Below, piece by piece: positions 1 to 9,340 of a stretch of 64,000 nucleotides of DNA. How positions within the stretch are numbered: position 1 is the first letter of the stretch; every line of letters starts with the position of its first letter. Source of the DNA: an uncultured Anaerolineae bacterium. GTDB taxonomy: Bacteria > Chloroflexota > Anaerolineae > Aggregatilineales > UBA3940. Under the pieces are notes generated by a model. It ran no database searches and was not told the DNA's origin. It saw nothing but the letters and a program-made list of their open reading frames with translations. The position numbers were made by a program, and so were the translations under genes. Location of the stretch: NCBI GenBank assembly GCA_964390105.1, contig CAYMGV010000001.1, forward strand, positions 132,088 to 196,087. The letters are read 5' to 3'.

Positions 1-987
1 CGACTGCCAAATCAGCAGCGACATAAACCCAACTACCAGCACAGTCGTGATCAGGTTGCTGACGACGGGGGAGACATCCATTACGATGCTGAGCGAGATC
101 ACGGCGGCATACCCGGCGCTGACGACCAGCATGTTGCGCCACTGTCGGAAGAACCCGCGACGTGGCAGCGCCTTCCCGGTGAAAACCTCGTAAGAGACGA
201 TGGCCTGCCCGAGCAGCAGCACCGCCACAGATACCAGCCCTGCGATCACGAGATCGAGCAGCGCGATGCCCCACACGGTATCAGTACGCAGCAGCGCGCG
301 CGGCTGTGCCCGCCCGCTCGATGCCGCCCAGATCATGAAGCCCGTCACGATGATGCTGACGATCAGCAGCACTATTGAGGTGCCGATCAGCCATGGGCGG
401 GTGCGCTGGCGGGCAATATCGCCCATGATACGCTCGGATGGGTCGGGGTTGATCAGCGCATCAATCGCCAATAGGATCAGAGCGATGATGAATCCTGAAT
501 AGAGCAGCAGGATCAGCGGAATGCCCCCCAGGCTCATCAGGCTGGAGCTATCCAGCAGCACCGCCTGCACATAAGTAGGGAATAAGCTGGAGAATGGCAG
601 CGCCATGATCATGGCCGCCGCGATGACGGCCATGACGATCAGCCACTTTTTGTGGCGTTTGCGCAACTGCTGGCTGCGAGCCGTCCAGAAGCCGCTGTAC
701 CACAGTGTCATCACATACCACGCCAGCGGCGCGACAATCACCAGTGCCCAGCCCGCTCGCCACCAGAAGTTGACCCCATAGCGCAGCATCGTGATGCCGT
801 AACCGAGGATGGCACTGTGGCTGAAGAAAAAAGCTGCGCCAGCCAGCAGGCCGCCCCCGGCAAACCACACACCCCAGTCACGGCGTTCGGCACTCAGCAG
901 CACCGTCAGCCCCAGCCACAGCATCACGATGGTATTAAACAGCGAGACGAACAGTGTTGCCCAGTCCGTCACCACATGACCGGTCAT
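1..987 (-). CDS. Polytopic membrane protein, N-terminal part only (gene runs off the left edge). It may be the sensor portion of a kinase partnered with the upstream response regulator.
   Basis: Absent from the ORF track because no stop lies in the window. My reverse-strand translation from ATG 987..985 stays open for all 329 codons (MTGHVVTDWATLFVSLFNTIVMLWLGLTVLL...) and is strongly hydrophobic. The ATG overlaps the TGA of the regulator gene (ATGA). Confidence 0.7.
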   Translation of the reverse strand, partial: MTGHVVTDWATLFVSLFNTIVMLWLGLTVLLSAERRDWGVWFAGGGLLAGAAFFFSHSAILGYGITMLRYGVNFWWRAGWALVIVAPLAWYVMTLWYSGFWTARSQQLRKRHKKWLIVMAVIAAAMIMALPFSSLFPTYVQAVLLDSSSLMSLGGIPLILLLYSGFIIALILLAIDALINPDPSERIMGDIARQRTRPWLIGTSIVLLIVSIIVTGFMIWAASSGRAQPRALLRTDTVWGIALLDLVIAGLVSVAVLLLGQAIVSYEVFTGKALPRRGFFRQWRNMLVVSAGYAAVISLSIVMDVSPVVSNLITTVLVVGFMSLLIWQS

Positions 988-1733
988 GGTGTTTCTTCTT
1001 TCCACGGAGTCAGCTTCCCGCGCGTATCATAAGCGTACACGGCCCCATCCACATCCCACGCCAGCAGACGGCCCGCCATCACGATGATAGCGGCCCGCGT
1101 GCGCGCAACCTTTTCATCAGTGTTCGTCTCGACCAACCCCCACGCCGCATAAATCTGGCCGTTGGTGCGGCTGATGGTGCGTTTGTCACGGAAACCCATC
1201 ACCGCCGCGATCTGCTCGTTGGTCATGCCAAGAGCCAGCATCCGCGCGACGGTCTGCTCGTTTGGTTCCAGCAGATCAAACGGATTCTGCTCGTCCTTAC
1301 GGCGGACTTCCTGCACACGCGCCTCGATCTCGGGGTCAATGTAGCTGCGCCCGTTAACGGCATCAGCTAATAGTGGGCGCACCATTTCGGGCAGCAGAAA
1401 GTTGGACTTGCGCACATAGGCATAGTGACTGAGGATGCCCGCCTCACGGAAGGCGCGGTAGTAGGCGTCATCGTCCTGTATCGAATAGAACACCACGGGC
1501 ATACGCGGAATCTCGCGCCGGATCGCTGCCGCCGCATCAATGCCCGTCATTTCCCCGGCTAACGCCACATCCATCAGGATGACATCGACCTCGCCAACAT
1601 GATCGAGACAGTAATCCAACGCATCCTCGCCGCGTTCAAACGCTTCAATCACCTCGGTATCTTTGCCCGAAAGCCCGCGCGCCATGGCCTTTTGCAGCTT
1701 TTTGTTGTCTTCCACCACCACGATCCGCAGCAT
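984..1733 (-). CDS. Response regulator, REC domain plus LuxR/NarL-type HTH
   Basis: 249 aa. N-terminus MLRIVVVEDN...DVILMDVALAGEMTGID is REC-like. C-terminal EPNEQTVARMLALGMTNEQIAAVMGFRDKRTISRTNGQIY is a LuxR-type HTH. Confidence 0.85.
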   Translation of the reverse strand: MLRIVVVEDNKKLQKAMARGLSGKDTEVIEAFERGEDALDYCLDHVGEVDVILMDVALAGEMTGIDAAAAIRREIPRMPVVFYSIQDDDAYYRAFREAGILSHYAYVRKSNFLLPEMVRPLLADAVNGRSYIDPEIEARVQEVRRKDEQNPFDLLEPNEQTVARMLALGMTNEQIAAVMGFRDKRTISRTNGQIYAAWGLVETNTDEKVARTRAAIIVMAGRLLAWDVDGAVYAYDTRGKLTPWKEETP

Positions 1734-1953
1734 TGATGTTCCCTTTCTTCTTCAGCTTACTGGCCTGCATAGGCCACCCTCAACCACCTGAGTGCAATAC
1801 GATCATCACTCAAACGCTCGAATCACCCTGCGCAGCAGGTTATGATCACAGTATAGGTTAAATGCAGTGTTTCGCATGCTTCAGACACACAGCGCAAACA
1901 AACCAAAAACAAACGGAAAATTTGTTCTAATAACGGGGTAGGGGGATACCATC

Positions 1954-2763
1954 GTGGCCGTGCCATCAGACACCACCAACCTCACAACTGGTCTGTACAG
2001 CCCGGACAGCCCAATCTGGCGTATCAACCGTGAGCTGGTCCTGCTGGCAACCGGTCCGCGTGCGCTGTTGCTGGAAGTCGCACACCCATTGGTGGCGGCA
2101 GGTGTGGCGCAGCACAGCAACTTTAAGCAAAAGCCGCTGGGGCGGTTGTTCCGTACCGTGCAGACCATGCAGCGCATCAGCTTTGGCGATGGTCAGGCCG
2201 TTCAGGCGGGATCGCGTCACGTGGCGTCCTGTCATGCCCCGGTGACAGGAACACTGCCAGAAACGGAAGGTCCGTACCCGGCAGGCACATCCTACAACGC
2301 CAACGATCCCGAACTCAAGCTGTGGGTGTATGCCACTCTGATCGATTCAATTCTGCTTGGTTATAAGCAGTTTGTTCGCCCACTTACCAGCGAAGAGAAA
2401 GCCGCGTACTATCTCGACAGCTTGCCAATGGCACAGCACCTCAGCGTGCCGGTATCGATCATGCCGCCAGATTACGCGGCGTTTAAGACCTACATGAGCA
2501 ACATGCTACACGGGGATGTGCTGCACGTCGGGCCAACGGCGTTGAGGATTAAGGACGCACTGTTTGGGCACCCAACCCTCGGAGGGCTGGTACGTTTTAG
2601 TGGGCAGATCGGCGTGGGGATGCTGCCTGATGGTCTACGCGCGGCGTTTGGCTTCACGTGGGCGGCAGTGCAGCAGAAGCGGCTCGCCAGGCTCTCCGCG
2701 TTCAGCCGCGCCGTTTATCCATATGTTCCGCTGCCACTGCGGATACATCCACAGGCGTGGTGA
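1954..2763 (+). CDS. MpaB/DUF2236-family oxygenase-like protein
   Basis: 269 aa with a GTG start. The segment PIWRINRELVLLATGPRALLLEVAHPLVAAGVAQHSNF is typical of the DUF2236 (ER-bound oxygenase MpaB) family. Confidence 0.7.
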   Translation: MAVPSDTTNLTTGLYSPDSPIWRINRELVLLATGPRALLLEVAHPLVAAGVAQHSNFKQKPLGRLFRTVQTMQRISFGDGQAVQAGSRHVASCHAPVTGTLPETEGPYPAGTSYNANDPELKLWVYATLIDSILLGYKQFVRPLTSEEKAAYYLDSLPMAQHLSVPVSIMPPDYAAFKTYMSNMLHGDVLHVGPTALRIKDALFGHPTLGGLVRFSGQIGVGMLPDGLRAAFGFTWAAVQQKRLARLSAFSRAVYPYVPLPLRIHPQAW

Positions 2764-2789
2764 CCGGGTCAGCGCAGGTGAAACAAAAA

Positions 2790-2815
2790 CGGCCCATGAG
2801 ATGGGCCGTTTTTTC
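2790..2815 (+). terminator. Intrinsic terminator hairpin after the MpaB-like gene
   Basis: CGGCCCATGAGATGGGCCG stem-loop followed by TTTTTT. An A-run upstream makes it potentially bidirectional. Confidence 0.7.
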
Positions 2816-2890
2816 TGGCTGGGGGAAAGGGACTCGAACCCCTACTGGCGGAGCCAGAATCCGCAGTTCTGCCAATTAAACTATCCCCCA
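2816..2890 (-). tRNA. tRNA-Gln (anticodon CUG), CCA encoded
   Basis: Hand-folded. Acceptor TGGGGGA/TCCCCCA has the U1-A72 pair typical of bacterial tRNA-Gln. Anticodon stem GCGGA/TCCGC with loop TTCTGGC. T arm contains GGTTCGAGTCC. The 3' end is GCCA. Confidence 0.9.
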
Positions 2891-2901
2891 GAGCAGGGGA
2901 T

Positions 2902-2930
2902 AGTATAGCGCGTATCTGTAGGGTGGGCAA
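2902..2930 (-). promoter_or_regulatory. Sigma70-like promoter for tRNA-Gln
   Basis: Reverse strand reads TTGCCC, 17 nt, TATACT. The -10 element ends 11 nt before the mature tRNA 5' end. Confidence 0.55.
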
Positions 2931-2955
2931 TGGTTTTTCGCCTGAATTGCGCGGG

Positions 2956-2984
2956 TTGGTCGGTATGCCCCCTTGGGCTATACT
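2956..2984 (+). promoter_or_regulatory. Sigma70-like promoter for the FhaA-like gene, predicting a (near-)leaderless mRNA
   Basis: TTGGTC, 17 nt, TATACT. The -10 ends 8 nt before ATG 2993 and no SD lies between them. Confidence 0.4.
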
Positions 2985-2992
2985 ACGAACCT

Positions 2993-3766
2993 ATGAAGGA
3001 TAACAAACACCTCGACCGCATTGAAGCAAACCTACAGCGCCTGTTTGAAGGCGGGCTGCTGGGCCGGCAGGCCACCCTTGAACTCGGTGAGATGCGTATG
3101 AAACTCGCCGATGCGATGCGTGACGCCGCCGTACCCAACCAGTCAGGCCGGGTCTGTGCGCCACAGCAGTACGGGATCAGTGTCAGCCCGGCTGACTTCC
3201 GTGGCCTGAATCCGCTGGAGGAAGCCCAGGAACACCTGGCGCTTGAGATCACGGCTATCGCTTCTGCGTTGGAGATGCATCTGACGCGCTACCCAAAAGT
3301 GACGATACAAGCCAGCGGCGAGATTGAAGCGGGTAGTTGTCAGATCGAGACACACCATGTCAACGAACCCGACGAATCAACGGCAACTCTTCAGCAGGAG
3401 CAGCCCGTCGTGCTGCCAGTGGTGCCGCCGGGCGCGGCGCTGCTTTATAATGGCACCAGCATTCCGCTGACGAAAACCGTAATCAACCTGGGTCGCCATC
3501 GTGACAACGACATCATCCTCGACAGTGCAACCGTCTCCCGGCACCAGGCGCAGATGCGCCTGCGCAGCGGGCACTTCATGCTGTTTGATATCAGCAGCAA
3601 AGGAACCACCCACCTTAACGGGACACCGGTCAGCGAGGCGTTTCTGAAATCCGGTGATGTCATGCTGCTTGCCGGGGAAACGCTGGTTTACCATGACGAC
3701 CACGAAGGCAGCATCCCCATTGACGAAGATTACACACGTCCCTTTGACCCAGACGGCACGGAGTAA
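2993..3766 (+). CDS. FhaA-like protein (DUF3662-type N-domain plus C-terminal FHA domain)
   Basis: N-terminus MKDNKHLDRIEANLQRLFEGGLLGR resembles the FhaA N-domain. C-terminus INLGRHRDNDIILDSATVSRHQAQMRL...FMLFDISSKGTTHLNG is an FHA domain. The track ORF starts at 2930; I prefer the internal ATG at 2993. Confidence 0.75.
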   Translation: MKDNKHLDRIEANLQRLFEGGLLGRQATLELGEMRMKLADAMRDAAVPNQSGRVCAPQQYGISVSPADFRGLNPLEEAQEHLALEITAIASALEMHLTRYPKVTIQASGEIEAGSCQIETHHVNEPDESTATLQQEQPVVLPVVPPGAALLYNGTSIPLTKTVINLGRHRDNDIILDSATVSRHQAQMRLRSGHFMLFDISSKGTTHLNGTPVSEAFLKSGDVMLLAGETLVYHDDHEGSIPIDEDYTRPFDPDGTE

Positions 3767-3773
3767 CGAGGCC

Positions 3774-4244
3774 ATGCCGTTGGACGTGCTGCTGCTTATC
3801 CTCAAGGTCATGATCGCACTCTCCCTGTACGGGTTTATAGGTGTTTTAGGTTGGATGCTGTGGAAAGATGTCAGTAGTTTTGCAGGAGAAAGGCTCTCAG
3901 GAGGTGTGCGTGCGGTGCTTGAAGTGACCCAAACGCACGAAGAAGTTACGCTCGCCATGGGCACTCGCTTCATTATATATAAGGAAGCGACCATTGGGCG
4001 CAGCCCGGCCAATACCATTTACCTGCCGGATAGTTATGCCAGCACACATCATGCCATTATCGCCACGCAAAACAACGCGCTGATGCTGCGCGACAACCAA
4101 AGCCGCAACGGCACGCTGCTGAATGGTGCCCCGATCTCAGATGGCGTGATCCTTTCGCATGGAGATGAGATCGGCATCGGGCGTGTTACATTCTATGTGT
4201 CGATGGGTGGCGCTGACAACACCATGAGGGAAAGCAACGCATGA
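3774..4244 (+). CDS. FhaB/FipA-like small protein: N-terminal TM helix plus FHA domain
   Basis: MPLDVLLLILKVMIALSLYGFIGVLGWMLW is a TM helix. ATIGRSPANTIYLPDSYASTHHAIIATQNNALMLRDNQSRNGTLLNG is an FHA domain. The track start at 3654 overlaps the previous gene, so I use ATG 3774, 8 nt after its stop. Confidence 0.75.
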   Translation: MPLDVLLLILKVMIALSLYGFIGVLGWMLWKDVSSFAGERLSGGVRAVLEVTQTHEEVTLAMGTRFIIYKEATIGRSPANTIYLPDSYASTHHAIIATQNNALMLRDNQSRNGTLLNGAPISDGVILSHGDEIGIGRVTFYVSMGGADNTMRESNA

Positions 4245-5113
4245 CAGACACATCTTTGATTCGCATCGGTGTGATTGGTGGATCGGGCCTGTACAACATG
4301 CCGGGCTTGAGCGATGTTGAAGAATACCAGGTCGATACGCCATTTGGCTCACCCTCGGATGCCATCGTGATCGGCACACTGGAAGGTGAGCGCGTGGCAT
4401 TCCTCGCACGGCATGGACGCGGACATCGGCACAACCCCAGTGAAGTTCCGTACCGTGCCAACATCTACGCCATGAAGACTCTTGGTGTGCAGCAGCTCAT
4501 TTCGGTGAGCGCCTGCGGTTCATTGCGCGACGATTACGCCCCCGGCCATATTGTGATCCCCGACGGTTTGTTTGATCACACCATTAAACGTCCGCGTACG
4601 TTCTTTGAGGACGGCATAGTGGCACATGTCAGCGTGGCACAACCCTATTGTGAAGACCTGCGGCAAGTGCTGCTTGAAAGCACAGAAGAAGCCGGGGCAG
4701 TCACGCATGATACGGGTGCATTCATTACTATCGAAGGGCCGCGCTTCAGCACCCGTATGGAAAGCAGCCTGTACCGTGCATGGGGGCTGTCGATCATCGG
4801 CATGACCACTTCTCCGGAGGCATTCCTCGCACGGGAAGCCAGCATATGCTACGCCGTGATGGCGCATGTCACCGATTATGACGTGTGGCATGAGAGTGAA
4901 GATCCCGTCACCGCTGAGATGGTGGTGGGAACATTGACGAAAAATATCGCTGTGGCGCAGCAGGCTGTGTCGAATGCCGTTCGCAGGCTCGCAGCATCGA
5001 AACAGGCGTGTGCCCATAACCGGGCACTGGCTGATGCCATCATGACCGACCGGCGCAAGATTCCCGTCGAGACGATTAAAAAGCTTGGCCCACTGCTTGA
5101 CGGATACCTGTAA
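4241..5113 (+). CDS. mtnP: S-methyl-5'-thioadenosine phosphorylase
   Basis: IGVIGGSGLY...VDTPFGSPSD...FLARHGRGHRHNPSEVPYRANIYAMKTLGV matches the MTAP/PNP family. ATGA overlap with the upstream gene. Confidence 0.85.
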   Translation: MTDTSLIRIGVIGGSGLYNMPGLSDVEEYQVDTPFGSPSDAIVIGTLEGERVAFLARHGRGHRHNPSEVPYRANIYAMKTLGVQQLISVSACGSLRDDYAPGHIVIPDGLFDHTIKRPRTFFEDGIVAHVSVAQPYCEDLRQVLLESTEEAGAVTHDTGAFITIEGPRFSTRMESSLYRAWGLSIIGMTTSPEAFLAREASICYAVMAHVTDYDVWHESEDPVTAEMVVGTLTKNIAVAQQAVSNAVRRLAASKQACAHNRALADAIMTDRRKIPVETIKKLGPLLDGYL

Positions 5114-5118
5114 TAGGT

Positions 5119-6441
5119 ATGATTATGAACCTGTGGCAGCCCCGGCAGGTTGACGCCCTGAACCACAGCCGCGAGCGATGGTTACTATTGCTCGCGTTTG
5201 TGTTTGTGGCGTTCAACCGCGTCACGCTGATGCTAACCTACGATCAACCCTTCCTTGCCCTTTGGCCGGTGGCCGCCTGGGCTGGTTGTGTGGTGCTAAG
5301 TCATCTCGCGTTGAACTGGCTGGCCCCGGGCCGTGACCCGTATCTGCTGCCCGTCACACTGCTGCTCGCTGGATGGGGCCTGACTCTCATCGCACGGCTG
5401 GCTCCACCGTTTGCCCCGCGTCAAACCCTGTGGCTCGTGATCGCCACTGGCGCATTGATCACGGCGGCGGCGCTGCCCGCCAACCTCGATATCCTGCGCA
5501 GGTATCGGTACAGTTGGCTGTTTGCCGGGCTGGCCCTGCTGGCCCTGACTTTGGTGCTGGGTGTCAACCCATCAGGGAACCAGTTTGCTCCGCGCCTGTG
5601 GCTGGGCTTTGGCCGGGTGTACTTCCAGCCATCGGAACTGCTCAAACTGCTGATGGTGGTCTTCCTTGCCAGTTATCTCGCGGAAAAGCGCACCGCGATC
5701 CGCACAGGGCAGTGGAAGCTGCTGCGCTGGCACCTGACCCCGGCCCCGTACCTTACGCCGATGCTGCTCATGTGGGGGTTCTGCATGGTGCTGCTGATCT
5801 GGCAGCGTGACCTTGGCGCGGCATCGCTATTCTTCCTTATCTTCCTCGCAATGCTGTATAGTGCGACGGGGCAATACGGCTACCTGATCGCCGGGCTGAT
5901 CATGCTGGCGACTGCGTTCATGCTGGGGTATACCCTGTACGGTGTGGTGCAGCTCCGCGTCGATACGTGGATTAACCCGTGGCCGGAAGCTGATAATCGC
6001 GCTTACCAGATCGTGCAGTCGCTGCTGGCGGTGGCATCCGGCGGGCTGACCGGAAGCGGGTTGGGTCGCGGCGCGCCGGAGTTCATCCCCGTTGTTCATT
6101 CCGATTTCGCGTTTGCCGCCATCGCGGAGGAATACGGCCTGCTGGGCAGCGCAGCGGTCACCATGCTGTTGGCCGTACTCGTCACACGTGCACTGCATAT
6201 CGCTATTAACAATGAAGGTGAACGCCCCTTTCATGCGCTGCTGGCTGCCGGGATCGGTTTTTCGCTGGGATTCCAGAGCTTGTTGATCATGGGTGGCGTG
6301 CTGAAGATCATCCCGCTGACGGGCGTCACGCTGCCGTTTGTCAGCTACGGCGGCAGTTCGCTTCTGTTCAGCTTTCTGATGCTGGGCCTGCTGCTGCGAA
6401 TATCAACACCCGCACGCACCGATGAAAATCCGAGGAGCTAA
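5119..6441 (+). CDS. rodA: SEDS-family peptidoglycan polymerase (FtsW/RodA/SpoVE)
   Basis: 440 aa polytopic protein. Contains QPSELLKLLMVVFLASYL, AVASGGLTGSGLGRG, PVVHSDFAFAAIAEEYG and TLPFVSYGGSS, which are SEDS hallmarks. Sits next to a PBP2-like gene. Confidence 0.85.
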   Translation: MIMNLWQPRQVDALNHSRERWLLLLAFVFVAFNRVTLMLTYDQPFLALWPVAAWAGCVVLSHLALNWLAPGRDPYLLPVTLLLAGWGLTLIARLAPPFAPRQTLWLVIATGALITAAALPANLDILRRYRYSWLFAGLALLALTLVLGVNPSGNQFAPRLWLGFGRVYFQPSELLKLLMVVFLASYLAEKRTAIRTGQWKLLRWHLTPAPYLTPMLLMWGFCMVLLIWQRDLGAASLFFLIFLAMLYSATGQYGYLIAGLIMLATAFMLGYTLYGVVQLRVDTWINPWPEADNRAYQIVQSLLAVASGGLTGSGLGRGAPEFIPVVHSDFAFAAIAEEYGLLGSAAVTMLLAVLVTRALHIAINNEGERPFHALLAAGIGFSLGFQSLLIMGGVLKIIPLTGVTLPFVSYGGSSLLFSFLMLGLLLRISTPARTDENPRS

Positions 6442-6445
6442 CGGC

Positions 6446-7840
6446 ATGGATTCAGAATCGATGAAAGGCCCGATGCGCCAGGGTGCTGCCTTTATGCTGA
6501 TGAGTTTCATGACCATCGCACTGACTGCCGGATACTGGGGCACTGTTCGAAGTGACACACTGACCGCGCGCGCCGACAACCCCCGCCTTGTCATCAACGA
6601 GCAGCGTATCCAGCGCGGCACTATCACCGACCGCGACGGCACTGTGCTGGCACAGTCGGTTACCGAGGACGGCATCCAGCAGCGCGTTTACCCAACCCCG
6701 TCAGCCGCATCCGCCACGGGGTATTACAGCCTACGTTATGGTGTCTCCGGGATCGAGGCCGTATTCGATGAACTTCTGCGCGGTGACACGGCTCTCAGCC
6801 CGGAAGAGGAATGGTGGGCGGATGTACTGGATCGCGCGCAGGTTGGTGGCGACATCCGCATGACGCTGGATGCCGGTATCCAGCAGGCCGCGGCTGAGGC
6901 CCTGGGTGATCAGCCGGGTGCGATAGTAGTGATGGATGCTCGCAGCGGTGAGGTACTGGCCGTACTCAGCAGCCCGCGCTATGACCCCAACCAGCTTGAT
7001 GCGGAGTGGGACACCCTCACCGAAGACCCATCGGCCCCGCTGCTCAACCGCGCAACCCAGGGCCAGTATCAGCCGGGTGCGGTGCTGGCCCCGGTGCTGC
7101 TGGCCGGGCTTGAATCCTATACCCTTACCGACATGACCCCCATCTGGTCGATCAGCGGCAGTGCGGGAGTCAACGGTGACTTTCTGCGCTGTTCAGGGTC
7201 ACAGTATGCCGCTACATTAGACGACGCCATCATCAACGGATGCCCCAGCCCACTCAGTGAGGCCGCCGAGGCACTCGGAAAAGAGAGGCTGGCGACGTTA
7301 TTCGACGATTTCGGGCTGCTGCAGGAGCTAGAGTACAACCGGCCCGGCGCGCAGCCTGCCCCGATCCCCATGCCAAATGACTCGCTGCACAGTATCGGCA
7401 TCGGTCAGGGGATGCTGACCCTCTCACCGATGCAGATGGCACGTGCGATTGCGGCGATTGCCAATGGCGGTGAGCTGCCCCCGGTGCGTTTTACCGCAGA
7501 AACACGCCTCTCGCCTAATTCGCCGTGGCAGGCGGCAGAACCCGCCGGGCGTGTGCGTGGCGTCACCGGGCAGAATGCGGTGGAATACGTGCGTGCGTTG
7601 ATGCTGGAGAGCGTGCAAAGTGGTGCCAGCAGCAAGGCCGCTCAACCCGGCATGGTGATAGCAGGCCACACCGCCTATGCCATCGCGGATGAAGCGGGCC
7701 GCCTTGATGAGTGGTTTGTGGGCTGGATCGAGCCATCAGGTGGTGATCCGATTGCCATTGCCGTCATCGTGGAGGACAGCGGCGAAGCGCCCGTCAATGC
7801 CGCCGAGATCGCAGGCCGGGTGCTTGCCGCTGCGCGATAG
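6446..7840 (+). CDS. Class-B penicillin-binding-protein homologue with degenerate catalytic motifs (likely pseudo-transpeptidase)
   Basis: PBP2-like stretches include IVVMDARSGEVLAVLSSPRYDPNQL and LLNRATQGQYQPG. The SxxK position reads AVLA and the KTG position reads HTA. Start chosen at ATG 6446, with SD GAGGAG 8 nt upstream. Confidence 0.8.
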   Translation: MDSESMKGPMRQGAAFMLMSFMTIALTAGYWGTVRSDTLTARADNPRLVINEQRIQRGTITDRDGTVLAQSVTEDGIQQRVYPTPSAASATGYYSLRYGVSGIEAVFDELLRGDTALSPEEEWWADVLDRAQVGGDIRMTLDAGIQQAAAEALGDQPGAIVVMDARSGEVLAVLSSPRYDPNQLDAEWDTLTEDPSAPLLNRATQGQYQPGAVLAPVLLAGLESYTLTDMTPIWSISGSAGVNGDFLRCSGSQYAATLDDAIINGCPSPLSEAAEALGKERLATLFDDFGLLQELEYNRPGAQPAPIPMPNDSLHSIGIGQGMLTLSPMQMARAIAAIANGGELPPVRFTAETRLSPNSPWQAAEPAGRVRGVTGQNAVEYVRALMLESVQSGASSKAAQPGMVIAGHTAYAIADEAGRLDEWFVGWIEPSGGDPIAIAVIVEDSGEAPVNAAEIAGRVLAAAR

Positions 7841-7891
7841 CAAAAGGACCGCCCTCGATGAGCGGTCCTTCGTCGTGAACTGCCCCTCTCT

Positions 7892-9238
7892 TTAAAGAAG
7901 GCCCTGCGCCTCAGCAGCGATGCGCTCAAGGCGCATTGCTACCGGCTCATTCCCCGCCATGCGGAGCTGATCGACGAGTTCGCCCATGGTCTCAACGACC
8001 TGCGGCGTCAGTTCGTCACGACGTTCGCGCAGCATTACCAACGAGGCTTCCTCGGTTTCAGCAGAAAGCACCTGGTTTATGAAGCGGATTTCGGGCGGTG
8101 CGCTGGCTTCGATCATGCTGATAACTTCATCGCGCACGGTTTGTAAGCGGTCCAGTATCTCCTGGTTGCCGGTGCGTGCCGCTTCTTCCATATTGAATTG
8201 AAGCACCTGCAGGAACAAGTCATCAACCAGGTCGGCGTTCTCGCGCACGGCGGCTCGCACATCCTCCGCCTGCAGAAACAGCAGCAGCGTATCGGACGCC
8301 TTCCTGGTCACAGCCTGCTGCTGCTGCTCGATCTCGGCGGCGATGGAAACCAGGCGCTCCCGCATCTTTTTCAGCGTCTTGCGCTCGATATCAGTCTCGG
8401 CGTTTTCAATGCGCCCGGTGATCAGTTCAAAGGTGTTGTAATCCAGCAGCCCCCCCGCCACCGATGCAATGGCATCGAGCTTGACATCATTGTGGGCATG
8501 ACGGCACAGCAGGTCCACAAAGCCTTCGCGCGTAAGGCCCGCTTCATTAAGTGCCTGGATTTCCTCGATGACGTCACGGACGGCCTGTTCACGATGCTTG
8601 ATGCGCTGGCCGACTTCAGTGGTTTCGAGCAGCTTGGCCCGCAGGTTGAGCAGGCGCAGGCTGGTCCGCGAGTCACCGGATTCCCCGGCGGCCCTGGCGA
8701 TCATATCCATCATCTCCAGGAATGATTCATCGACCATGTCGATATTATCCTGGAGCATCTGATCGGCCTCGGCGGACTTCACCCCAGCCAGCTCATTAAT
8801 AAACGCCGCCTTGTGGCGTTCGGCCTCGATGACCTCCGGTGTGATGCCGTCCGCTTCGAGCACCTGGTCGATCAAACCTTGTAGAGTCAGTGCCATAGCA
8901 GGTTGAAGCAAATAGCCCTTGTTGGCCTCTTCTGGCAGCGAACGCATAATGGCCTGCGTCATGGTGCCGATCAACTGCTCGCGGTCGGCCTCTGGCAAGT
9001 TGAGTTCCATCGGCACATGGATGATGGCGAGGTTCTTGGCGTGATCATGGTACATCAGCGGCGTCCCGACCATGCCCTGGTAACCACAGTGTGGGCATGT
9101 AATAACGTTAATGCGCCCACTGAACAGCCGTTCCTTCACGGAAGGGTCGATGCGGGTATCCAGGATTTGTTCGATAATCGCGCCAAATGGCTGCCCGCAG
9201 TTGGGACAGTTGATATTCGTTGGCGTTGGTTTTGCCAT
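7892..9238 (-). CDS. CpXC-domain protein with a long helical C-terminal region
   Basis: N-terminus contains INCPNCGQPF...VITCPHCGYQG (paired CxxC, CpXC-like). The remaining ~350 aa are helical and acidic with no recognised domain. Confidence 0.6.
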   Translation of the reverse strand: MAKPTPTNINCPNCGQPFGAIIEQILDTRIDPSVKERLFSGRINVITCPHCGYQGMVGTPLMYHDHAKNLAIIHVPMELNLPEADREQLIGTMTQAIMRSLPEEANKGYLLQPAMALTLQGLIDQVLEADGITPEVIEAERHKAAFINELAGVKSAEADQMLQDNIDMVDESFLEMMDMIARAAGESGDSRTSLRLLNLRAKLLETTEVGQRIKHREQAVRDVIEEIQALNEAGLTREGFVDLLCRHAHNDVKLDAIASVAGGLLDYNTFELITGRIENAETDIERKTLKKMRERLVSIAAEIEQQQQAVTRKASDTLLLFLQAEDVRAAVRENADLVDDLFLQVLQFNMEEAARTGNQEILDRLQTVRDEVISMIEASAPPEIRFINQVLSAETEEASLVMLRERRDELTPQVVETMGELVDQLRMAGNEPVAMRLERIAAEAQGLL

Positions 9239-9340
9239 TTCTGTTTATTTTCCTTTCATGGCCGGATTTGGATTTGGCAGCGTCACTCACAGCCAGAAGG
9301 CCGGGAGCGATGCTCATTATATGCGCGAGCGAACAACGGT

